Below are positions 26,388 through 33,901 of a stretch of 33,901 nucleotides of DNA, one piece after another (the first letter of the stretch is position 1; every line of letters begins with the position of its first letter). A program made the translations under genes and the position numbers. A model generated the notes under the pieces. It did no database searches, was not told where the DNA came from, and saw nothing but the letters and a program-made list of their open reading frames with translations. Source of the stretch: Nocardioides sp. (GTDB lineage: Bacteria; Actinomycetota; Actinomycetes; Propionibacteriales; Nocardioidaceae); the NCBI GenBank assembly GCA_036404795.1, contig DASWYU010000264.1, forward strand, positions 1 through 33,901, in the 5' to 3' direction.

Positions 26388-26624
26388 GTGAAGAGCCTCT
26401 ACAAGAAGGCGATCTTCGGCGAGGGCGTGACGCGCGAGGAGGTCTACGCCTTCCACGGCGAGGCCTTCGTCGCGTTCGTGCTGCGCGGCGTCGGGCTGGG
26501 CCTCATCGCCGTCACGACGGTGCCGCTGCGCGAGGTCGCCGAGCTCGACCGTCGGTTCGGCATGTCGCCGGGCCACGAGTCCCGGCCGCAGCACCTCGTG
26601 ACCGGCCGCACGCCGCTCCGCTGA
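26388..26624 (+). pseudogene. Probable gene remnant (TetR C-terminus-like fragment)
   Basis: Coding-like stretch KSLYKKAIFGEGVTREEVYAFHGEAFVAFVLRGVG with no credible start or HTH. Confidence 0.3.
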
Positions 26625-26655
26625 CGCGCTCCACAGCCTGACCCCGGTCGTGGCC

Positions 26656-27345
26656 TCAGCGCGCCGCTTTCCGTAGCGCTGGGGCCACGACTCCCGTGTC
26701 GGCGACCACGACACCCTCGCCGAGCGTGACCACGCGGTCCGCCGCCGCGAGCACGGCGGGGTCGTGCGAGACGCACACGACGACGGCGCCACGCTCCGCC
26801 TCGCCCGCCATCGCCGCGCGGATCAGGTCGCCGCTGACGGCGTCGAGGCCGGTGGTCGGCTCGTCGAGCAGCAGCACGTCCGCGCGCGCGACGACACCCT
26901 GCGCGAGGAGCGCCCGCTGGCGCTGCCCGCCCGAGAGCGCGCCGTACGGGCGACGCGCGAGATCGGCGACGTCCATCCGTCCAAGCGCCGCGGCGACGGC
27001 CGCCCGGGCCGCGGCATCGGTCCGTCGCCACGGACCGAGTCGTCCCCAGGTGCCGACCGCGACGACGTCGCGCACGGTGATCGGCAGGAGGTCGGAGACA
27101 GCGGCCCGCTGGGGCACGAGAGCGACCGTCCCCGTCACTTGCCGGATGCCGGCCGTGGGCAGTCGCGTGCCGGCGATCACCTCGAGCAGCGTCGACTTGC
27201 CGGCGCCGTTCGGCCCGGCCACCACGGTGACGGCGCCCGGCGCGAGCGCGAGGTCGACGTCGAGGACGGCGGGGTGGCCGCCGAGGAGGACGCGAATCCC
27301 GCGGAGGTCGACGGAGGGCGGTGCGGCGGTGAACAGGTCGGACAC
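26656..27345 (-). CDS. aztA: Zinc ABC transporter ATP-binding protein
   Basis: GPNGAGKST, LSGGQRQR and LLLDEPT motifs; VPQR...LPITV typical of Zn/Mn ABC ATPases. Confidence 0.85.
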   Translation of the reverse strand: MSDLFTAAPPSVDLRGIRVLLGGHPAVLDVDLALAPGAVTVVAGPNGAGKSTLLEVIAGTRLPTAGIRQVTGTVALVPQRAAVSDLLPITVRDVVAVGTWGRLGPWRRTDAAARAAVAAALGRMDVADLARRPYGALSGGQRQRALLAQGVVARADVLLLDEPTTGLDAVSGDLIRAAMAGEAERGAVVVCVSHDPAVLAAADRVVTLGEGVVVADTGVVAPALRKAAR

Positions 27346-27361
27346 GGTCCAAGCCTAACGC

Positions 27362-27382
27362 TTTTGATAATCGTTCGCATTT
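27362..27382. promoter_or_regulatory. Zur box between divergent leaderless promoters
   Basis: TTTTGATAATCGTTCGCATTT resembles TGAnAAnnnTTnTCA. It is flanked by -10 boxes TAGGCT (minus, 27357-27352) and TAGGGT (plus, 27388-27393). Confidence 0.75.
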
Positions 27383-27401
27383 ATGGCTAGGGTCCCGGCC
27401 C

Positions 27402-28289
27402 GTGACCACCCTCCTCGACGGACTCCTCGAGCCGTTCGCTCTCGAGTTCCTCCAGCACGCGCTGCTCGGCGGCGTGCTGGTCGCCGTGCTGTGTGGCGTC
27501 GTGGGCACGTGGGTGGTCGTGCGCGGCATGGCCTTCCTCGGCGAGGCCCTGGCGCACGGGATGCTGCCGGGCGTCGCGCTGGCGACCGTCCTCGGCCTCC
27601 CGGTGCTGGTCGGTGGCGCGGTGAGCGCCGTGATCATGAGCGTCGGGATCGGGGCACTGCAGCGGCGCGGCACGCTGTCCTACGACACGAGCATCGGCCT
27701 GCTGTTCGTCGCGATGCTCGCGCTCGGTGTCATCGTGATCTCCCACTCCGGGAGCTTCGCCACGGACGCGACGGCGATCCTGTTCGGCGAGATCCTCGCC
27801 ATCACGTCGAGCGACCTGGTGCTCCTCGCCGCGGCCGCCGCGATCGGGCTGGGCGTGGCCGCCGTCGCACACCGCTCGCTCGTCGCCCTCGCGGTGGACC
27901 CGCGGATCGCCGCCGTGCTGGGCCTCCGCCCCCGCATCGCCCAGGGGGCGCTCGTCGGGCTGGTCACGCTCGCGGTGGTGGCGTCGTACCAGGCCGTCGG
28001 GTCCCTCCTCGTCGTCGGCCTCCTCCTGGCGCCGGCGGTCGCGGCGTCGCACTGGACCGTCCGGCTCCCGACGCGGATGGTCCTCGCCGCCCTCCTCGGC
28101 AGCCTCGCCGTGCTCGTCGGCCTGCTCGTCTCCTGGCACGCCGCGACCGCGGCGGGTGCCTCGGTGGCCGGCGCCGCGATCGGCATCGCGGGTCTCTCCG
28201 CACTCACCCGCCGCGCGATCGACCTCGCCCGCCCCACCTCCACCTCCACCTCCGCCCCCATCGCCGAGGCCAGCGCCAGCGCCGCCTGA
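27402..28289 (+). CDS. aztB: Zinc ABC transporter permease
   Basis: RGMAFLGEALAHGMLPG, DTSIGLLF and ILFGEILA motifs of the ABC-3 family. Confidence 0.88.
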   Translation: MTTLLDGLLEPFALEFLQHALLGGVLVAVLCGVVGTWVVVRGMAFLGEALAHGMLPGVALATVLGLPVLVGGAVSAVIMSVGIGALQRRGTLSYDTSIGLLFVAMLALGVIVISHSGSFATDATAILFGEILAITSSDLVLLAAAAAIGLGVAAVAHRSLVALAVDPRIAAVLGLRPRIAQGALVGLVTLAVVASYQAVGSLLVVGLLLAPAVAASHWTVRLPTRMVLAALLGSLAVLVGLLVSWHAATAAGASVAGAAIGIAGLSALTRRAIDLARPTSTSTSAPIAEASASAA

Positions 28290-28325
28290 TCCCCGACCGA
28301 CCGCTCCCCCACCCGGAAGGAACCC

Positions 28326-29603
28326 TTGCGACCCCGCCTCCCCCGTTCCGCACGCACCACCGCCGTCGCCGGTCTGCTCGCCCTCGTGGCTGCCGGTTGC
28401 GCGGCCGACGACCCGCACGGCGCCAGCGCGGACCCCGGCGTCGACGGTGCCGGCAGCGCCGACGCCTCCGGTGACGGTCACGGCGCCGTGGCCGGCGCCG
28501 CCGAGGTGTCCGAGCCGCAGCTCGGGCTCACCTCCGTCGACCCGTCCGGCACGGTGACCCACCTCGACCTGCTCGACGAGAGCACCAGCGAGATCGGTCG
28601 GGTCGGCGAGCCGACCGCCCTGACGACCGACGGTCGCTACCTCCTCGTCCAGACCGGCGACGGTGTCGAGATCGTCGACAGCGGCGTCTGGACGTGGGAC
28701 CACGTCGACCACTTCCACTACTACCGCGCGGAGCCCCGCGTGCTGGGCACGGTCGAGGGGGACGGCACCGCGACGGTCGCGACGACGAACTCGTCGACCA
28801 CGTCGGGCACCGGTGTGTTCTTCCCGGACTCCGGCGAGGCGGTGCTCCTCGACACCCACGCCCTCTCGCAGGGCGAGGTCGTCGAGCAGTTCCGGCTGGA
28901 GGCCGGCGCCCACGACGGCATGGTCGTCCCGGTCGGCTCGTTCGCGCTCGTCTCCGCCGCGGACGCCGGCGGCACCGTGACCTCGCTCGTCGGGCACACC
29001 GCCGACGGCGAGCCGACCGGCGACGAGGAGGCGTGCGTCGCCGCTGCGGGCACGATCATGACCCGCGTCGGCGCGGTGGTCGGCTGTGCCGACGGCGCTC
29101 TCCTCGCCACCGTGGCGGACGACGCACTGGCCATCGAGCGGATCCCCTACCCCGCCGGGACCACGGCCGCGCCCGCGACCGCCTTCGCCAACCGCGAGGG
29201 CCGGCCCACCGTGGCCGCGCTGGCCGGGCCGGAGGGCGCCGACGGCATCTGGCTCCTCGACACCCGCGAGCGCTCCTGGACCCTGCTGCCCAGCCCCGAG
29301 CCGCTGGTCGCCGTCAGCGCGGTCGACGACGAGCAGCAGCACGTCGTCGCGATCGCCGCGGACGGCCGGGTCCTCGTGCTGGACGGCACGGACGGGTCCG
29401 TCCTCGCCGCGACGGAGCCGCTCGTCGCCGCGTCGCTCGCCGCCGGGCTGCCCCCGACCCTCGTCACCGACCAGCAGCGCACCTACGTGGGCGCACCCGC
29501 CGAGCGGCAGCTCCACGAGATCGACGTCGCCGACGGAGCCCGGATCGCCCGCTCCTTCGCGACCTCCACCGAGCCCCGCTTCACCGCCGAGACAGGACGC
29601 TGA
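28326..29603 (+). CDS. AztD-like beta-propeller lipoprotein
   Basis: Lipobox AAGC; DSGVWTWDHVDHFHYY, AHDGMVVP and VVGCADG parallel AztD motifs. TTG start after GGAAGGA. Confidence 0.7.
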   Translation: MRPRLPRSARTTAVAGLLALVAAGCAADDPHGASADPGVDGAGSADASGDGHGAVAGAAEVSEPQLGLTSVDPSGTVTHLDLLDESTSEIGRVGEPTALTTDGRYLLVQTGDGVEIVDSGVWTWDHVDHFHYYRAEPRVLGTVEGDGTATVATTNSSTTSGTGVFFPDSGEAVLLDTHALSQGEVVEQFRLEAGAHDGMVVPVGSFALVSAADAGGTVTSLVGHTADGEPTGDEEACVAAAGTIMTRVGAVVGCADGALLATVADDALAIERIPYPAGTTAAPATAFANREGRPTVAALAGPEGADGIWLLDTRERSWTLLPSPEPLVAVSAVDDEQQHVVAIAADGRVLVLDGTDGSVLAATEPLVAASLAAGLPPTLVTDQQRTYVGAPAERQLHEIDVADGARIARSFATSTEPRFTAETGR

Positions 29604-29604
29604 C

Positions 29605-30525
29605 GTGCGCCGTACCCGCCTCCCCCTCCTCGTCGCGACCGCCGCCGTCGCCGCAGCCGGCTCGCTCACCGCGTGCAGCGCGGGCGCGGGGAGCGACGGA
29701 CCCCTCGTCGTGGTGTCCACCAACATCCTGGGCGACGTCGTGGAGAACCTCGTCGGCGACCAGGCCGAGGTGCTCACGCTGATGAAGCCGAACGCCGACC
29801 CGCACTCGTTCGAGATCTCCGCGCAGGAGGCCGCGCGCGTGCGCTCCGCCGACCTCGTCGTCTCCAACGGACTCGGGCTCGAGGAGGGACTGCAGCAGCA
29901 CCTCGACGCCGCGGCCGACGACGGGGTCGCGACCTTCGTGGCAGGGGACGCCATCGAGGTGCTGGAGTACGCCGAGGGCGACGCCGGCGGCACCCCCGAC
30001 CCCCACTTCTGGACGGACCCCGCCCGCGTGCTCGACGTCGTCGACGCCCTCGAGCCCGTGCTGGCCGAGGTGGACGGGATCGACGGCACCGAGCTCGCCG
30101 AGCGGGTCGCGGACTACCGCGACGCCGTCGTCGAGGTCGAGACCGAGATGACGGAGGCGTTCGCCGCGATCCCCGACGAGCGTCGTGCCCTCGTCACCAA
30201 CCACCACGTCTTCGGCTACCTCGCCCAGCGCTTCGGCTTCACCGTCGTCGGCGCCGTGATCCCGGGCGGTACGACGCTGGCCGCACCGTCGGCGTCCGAC
30301 CTGTCCGACCTCGTCGACGCCGTCGAGGACACCGGCGTCCCGGCGATCTTCGCCGAGTCGTCCTCCCCCGACCGGCTCGTGCAGGCGCTCGCCGAGGAGG
30401 CCGACGTGCACGTCGACGTCGTCGAGCTCTACACGGAGTCGCTCACCGAGGCCGACGGCGGCGCCCCCGACTACCTGACGATGATGCGCGTCAACACGCA
30501 GCGCATCGCCGCGGCGCTCGCCTGA
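29605..30525 (+). CDS. aztC: Zinc ABC transporter substrate-binding lipoprotein
   Basis: Lipobox LTAC; DPHSFE, SNGLGLE, DPHFWTD and HHVFGY cluster A-I motifs; GTG 29605. Confidence 0.88.
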   Translation: MRRTRLPLLVATAAVAAAGSLTACSAGAGSDGPLVVVSTNILGDVVENLVGDQAEVLTLMKPNADPHSFEISAQEAARVRSADLVVSNGLGLEEGLQQHLDAAADDGVATFVAGDAIEVLEYAEGDAGGTPDPHFWTDPARVLDVVDALEPVLAEVDGIDGTELAERVADYRDAVVEVETEMTEAFAAIPDERRALVTNHHVFGYLAQRFGFTVVGAVIPGGTTLAAPSASDLSDLVDAVEDTGVPAIFAESSSPDRLVQALAEEADVHVDVVELYTESLTEADGGAPDYLTMMRVNTQRIAAALA

Positions 30526-30566
30526 GCGTCCGCACCACCCCACCACCGAAAGAGGACACCGCACCG

Positions 30567-31802
30567 ATGCGTTTCCCCCACTCCTCCCGCGCGGCCGTCG
30601 CCGCCGTCGGCGCCCTGGCGATCTCGGCCCTCGCGGCCTGCTCGTCGGGCGACACCGACTCCGACGCGACCCCCGCCGGCGACCGCACGACCGAGTCCGC
30701 CGAGAGCACCTGGACCGCCGGCCCCCGCCTGGCCGTGGCCTACGAGGGCGGCATCCTCGTCCTCGACGGCACGACGCTCGAGACCGTCGCCGAGCTGGAC
30801 TCCGAGGAGTTCACCCGCCTCAACCCGGCCGGCGACGACCGCCACGTGATGGTCACCGTGGCCGACGGCTTCCAGGTGCTCGACACCGGCGCCGGCACCG
30901 CGGAGGGCGCCACGCTCACCGACCTCGTCTTCCCCGCCGACACCCCCGGCCACGTCGTGCGCCACGCCGACAAGACGGTGCTCTACGCCGACGGCACCAG
31001 CGACACCACGATCATCGACACCGCGGCGCTCGGCGACGCCGCCGCCGCGGGCGAGCTGCCCGAGGTCGAGACGATCCCGGGCGTCGAGGCCCACCACGGC
31101 GTCTCGGTCGTGCTGGAGGACGGCTCGTTCCTCACCACCGTCGGCAACGCCGACGGCCGCAACGGGATCGTCGTGCAGGACGCGTCGGGTGCCGTCGTCG
31201 CCCAGAGCGACGAGTGCCCCGGCGTCCACGGCGAGGGTACGGCGCAGGACGAGGCCGTCGTGCTCGGCTGCGAGGACGGCGCGCTCCTCTACCAGGACGG
31301 GCAGATCACGAAGCTCGCCGCGCCCGACCAGCCCTACGGCCGGATGGGCAACGCCTACGTGAGCGAGACCAGCCCGATCATCGTCGGCGACTACAAGACC
31401 GACCCCGACGCCGAGGGCTACCTGCTCTCCGCCGTGACCCTCATCGACACCGCCGCGGGCACCCTCGACGTCGTCGACCTGCCCGAGGGCGTCTCCTACA
31501 CGTTCCGCGACGTGGCCCGCGGACCCGGCGACCTGGCCTACATCCTCGCGAGCGACGGCTCCATCCACGTGCTCGACCCGACCACGGGCGAGCTGACCGA
31601 CGCGTTCCCGGTCGTCGACGCCTGGGAGGGCCCCGTCGAGTGGCAGGACCCGCACCCCGCGATCACCGTGTCCGGTGACCTCGCCTACGTGACGGAGCCG
31701 GCCGCGAACAGCGTGCACGCCGTCGACCTCACCACCGGCGAGGTCGTCGCGACCGCCGAGCTCGATGTGACCCCCAACGAGATCGCGCCCGCCGCCGGCT
31801 GA
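30567..31802 (+). CDS. aztD: Zinc metallochaperone
   Basis: Lipobox LAAC; RLNPAGDDRH, PGHVVRH, AHHGV and CPGVHGE motifs; ATG 30567 after GAGGA. Confidence 0.85.
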   Translation: MRFPHSSRAAVAAVGALAISALAACSSGDTDSDATPAGDRTTESAESTWTAGPRLAVAYEGGILVLDGTTLETVAELDSEEFTRLNPAGDDRHVMVTVADGFQVLDTGAGTAEGATLTDLVFPADTPGHVVRHADKTVLYADGTSDTTIIDTAALGDAAAAGELPEVETIPGVEAHHGVSVVLEDGSFLTTVGNADGRNGIVVQDASGAVVAQSDECPGVHGEGTAQDEAVVLGCEDGALLYQDGQITKLAAPDQPYGRMGNAYVSETSPIIVGDYKTDPDAEGYLLSAVTLIDTAAGTLDVVDLPEGVSYTFRDVARGPGDLAYILASDGSIHVLDPTTGELTDAFPVVDAWEGPVEWQDPHPAITVSGDLAYVTEPAANSVHAVDLTTGEVVATAELDVTPNEIAPAAG

Positions 31803-31803
31803 T

Positions 31804-31820
31804 CCCGGCCAGGGCCGGGG
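31804..31820 (+). terminator. Short hairpin after aztD
   Basis: CCCGGCC-AG-GGCCGGG immediately after the stop. Confidence 0.35.
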
Positions 31821-31842
31821 CGATGCCCTAGGGTCGCGGGGC

Positions 31843-32397
31843 ATGAAGCGAACCGCTCTCGGGATCAGCGCCGTCGCCCTCGTGCTCGCCCCGGCCCTGG
31901 CCGCCTGCTCCGGCGACGACGGCAGCGGCGACAGCAGTGTGGAGGGGACCTCCACGCCCGACCCGGTCGCCGAGAACGCCGCCGAGGTCGCCGTCGGTGA
32001 CACGGTCGAGCTGCCCGACGGCCTCACCGTCACCGTCGCGGCCATGGAGCTCGGTGGCGACACCGGTGGCCCGTGGGTCACGACCGAGGTGGTCGTCGAG
32101 AACCCCACCGACAACGAGGGCGCGGTCCCGACCTTCGGCCTGGTCTGTGCGGAGGGACCCGCGATCGGGGACTACGCGGCGGGCTCCACCGTGGTCATCG
32201 GCGATCCGATCCCGGCCGGCGGGACGGTGACGGGGACGCTCAACCTGCTCCTGCCGGGCGACACGCGCTCGGGCGCCGAGGTGCCGACGTGCACGGCGCC
32301 GGCCTACGTGCAGGCGGCGTCCGTCACGACGGCCGACCTCGAGGCGACGACCGGGCGCATCGACGTACCCGCCGCGGTGCTCGACCAGCTCGGCTGA
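31843..32397 (+). CDS. Hypothetical lipoprotein (Ig-like / DUF4352-like)
   Basis: Lipobox LAAC, Ser/Thr linker, beta-rich domain with two Cys; TAGGGT -10 at 31829-31834. Confidence 0.7.
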   Translation: MKRTALGISAVALVLAPALAACSGDDGSGDSSVEGTSTPDPVAENAAEVAVGDTVELPDGLTVTVAAMELGGDTGGPWVTTEVVVENPTDNEGAVPTFGLVCAEGPAIGDYAAGSTVVIGDPIPAGGTVTGTLNLLLPGDTRSGAEVPTCTAPAYVQAASVTTADLEATTGRIDVPAAVLDQLG

Positions 32398-32401
32398 GCA
32401 G

Positions 32402-33901
32402 TCACCCGCGCTCGCGGGCGTCCGGCCCGCCCGGCAGCACGACCTCGATCCGCGTGCCCCGGCCGGCGGGGTTGTCGCGCACCGTGATGGTGCCGTGGTG
32501 CCGGTCGACGATGCGGCGGCAGATGGCGAGGCCGAGGCCGGTGCCGGAGTACGCCGAGGCGTGCGCCCGGTAGAACTGCTGGAACACGAGGTCCTTGCTG
32601 TCATCCGGGATCCCCACCCCGTTGTCGGTGACCCGCACGACGACGGCTCCGTCGTCGGAGGCCACGCCGTCCACGACGACCTCGGCCGGCTCGCCGGGCA
32701 CGACGTACTTCAGGGCGTTGCCCACGAGGTTCTCGAACAGCTGGCGGAGCATGTTCTCGTCGCCGTGGACGACGGGGAGATCACCGACCCGCACCCGGTC
32801 CCCGGCATCGCGCCCCGCGACGATCTCGTGCACCAGCGCAGGCAGGTCGACGTCCGTCGACTGCAGCTCCGCGTCGCGGCTCGTGGCGTGCTGCAACAGG
32901 TGGCGGATGAGGCTCTGCATGCGCTCGGAGGCGCCCTGCACCTTCGTGACGACCTGGCGCACCGTGATCTCGTCGGGGGCGTCGCCGTCGGCGATCTCCT
33001 CCGCGAGCAGCGCGACCCAGCCGTCGATGGTGGCGAGGGGGTTCTTGAGGTCGTGGGCGACGACGCCGGCGAACGCGGTCAGCTCCCGGCGCTGCTGCTC
33101 CTCCGCGGTCACGTCGCGGAGGACGACGACGGCACGGGGCGGGGTCGCCGGGTCGCGCGGCAGGGGCGTCGCCGTGACCTCGACGAGCACGTCGGGCGAA
33201 CCGTCGAGCATCCGGGCGACGACACGCTCCACGACCTCCTCGCCGCGCAGGGCCCGCCGCGACGGGATCCGGTCGACCGGCAGGGGGCGTCCGGACAGGT
33301 CGTGGAGGGTGAAGGCGGGCTCCTCGCGGGTGAGGCCGGCCGCGGGGTTGCGCAGGAGCACGCGGCCGTCGCCCTCGAGCACCACCACGCCCTCGTGCAT
33401 GGTGTCGACCATCGTGCGCATCAGCTGGAACTGGCGCTGCGCGTCGGTCTGGGCGTGCTGGACCTCGCGCAGCAGCTGGCGGCGCTCGTCGCGTCCGACG
33501 CCGAGGGTCAGGGCGGAGACGATGACGACACAGACGAACAGCTGCGCGAGGATCACGCCGAGGCGAGCGTCGTCGGTGACGGCGAACGGTCCGCGGTCGG
33601 CCAGCGTGAAGACGACCACCGCGATGCCGGCGACGACGCCGTGCACGGTGGCGACCGCGGTCGAGAACCGGAGCGCCGCCCACGCCGTCACGGTGAGGAG
33701 CGGGAACGCCAGCGGCACGGAGTCCGGCACGAACGCGACGACGTAGAGCACGACGGACACGACGACCATCGCGGCCAGCTCCAGCGGCCCGCCCTCGTCA
33801 GCCGGACGTTCGCCGCGGCCGGCCGCCATCGCCCGACCGACCACGAGGGCGGTCGGCACCACGAACACCCCACCTGCGACGGCTCGTCCCACGAGCAGGC
33901 C
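32402..33901 (-). CDS. Sensor histidine kinase, MASE1-like TM region + PAS + HisKA + HATPase (5' end outside window)
   Basis: VAHDLKNPL, ENLVGNALKY, DNGVGI and GTGLGLAI motifs; the frame is open to the window end. Confidence 0.92.
   Translation of the reverse strand, partial: GLLVGRAVAGGVFVVPTALVVGRAMAAGRGERPADEGGPLELAAMVVVSVVLYVVAFVPDSVPLAFPLLTVTAWAALRFSTAVATVHGVVAGIAVVVFTLADRGPFAVTDDARLGVILAQLFVCVVIVSALTLGVGRDERRQLLREVQHAQTDAQRQFQLMRTMVDTMHEGVVVLEGDGRVLLRNPAAGLTREEPAFTLHDLSGRPLPVDRIPSRRALRGEEVVERVVARMLDGSPDVLVEVTATPLPRDPATPPRAVVVLRDVTAEEQQRRELTAFAGVVAHDLKNPLATIDGWVALLAEEIADGDAPDEITVRQVVTKVQGASERMQSLIRHLLQHATSRDAELQSTDVDLPALVHEIVAGRDAGDRVRVGDLPVVHGDENMLRQLFENLVGNALKYVVPGEPAEVVVDGVASDDGAVVVRVTDNGVGIPDDSKDLVFQQFYRAHASAYSGTGLGLAICRRIVDRHHGTITVRDNPAGRGTRIEVVLPGGPDARERG

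Noticed and set aside
28233-28255. (CCACCT)n micro-repeat at the aztB 3' end as a phase-variation tract
   Set aside because: Only about three in-frame hexamer copies encoding a Thr/Ser tail; slippage would not shift the frame.

Overview
High-GC actinobacterial chromosomal window; gene content and order suggest a Nocardioides-like organism (inference). Left arm (1-11.0 kb, all minus strand): the conserved thrS-HIT-pgsA...pdxS locus, remodelled. A GH25-like lipoprotein and an inositol monophosphatase are inserted, and an AurF-type diiron oxygenase plus a FprB-type ferredoxin/reductase fusion sit where mycobacteria have patA-pimA. A metallophosphoesterase and a SipW plus SipW-substrate pair follow. 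Middle (11.2-21.9 kb, accessory): a SigH/SigR-type promoter gene, a decayed block (barstar fragment, truncated epimerase, Gfo/Idh/MocA gene, broken priming glycosyltransferase), an RsbW-like protein, adenosine deaminase, a 5x31-bp tandem array directly upstream of a DUF222/HNH (13E12-like) gene with a perfect LexA SOS box, and a KstD-like flavoprotein. The tRNA-Val(CAC) / Gly-Cys-Val(GAC) cluster flanks a class IV aminotransferase. Right arm: a MerR/MFS unit with a TipA-like promoter, STAS, VOC, a Zur-boxed azt zinc uptake locus with two AztD-like proteins, a lipoprotein and a partial MASE1-PAS histidine kinase. No integrase, transposase or CRISPR-Cas was seen. All product calls come from motif recognition by eye, not database searches.
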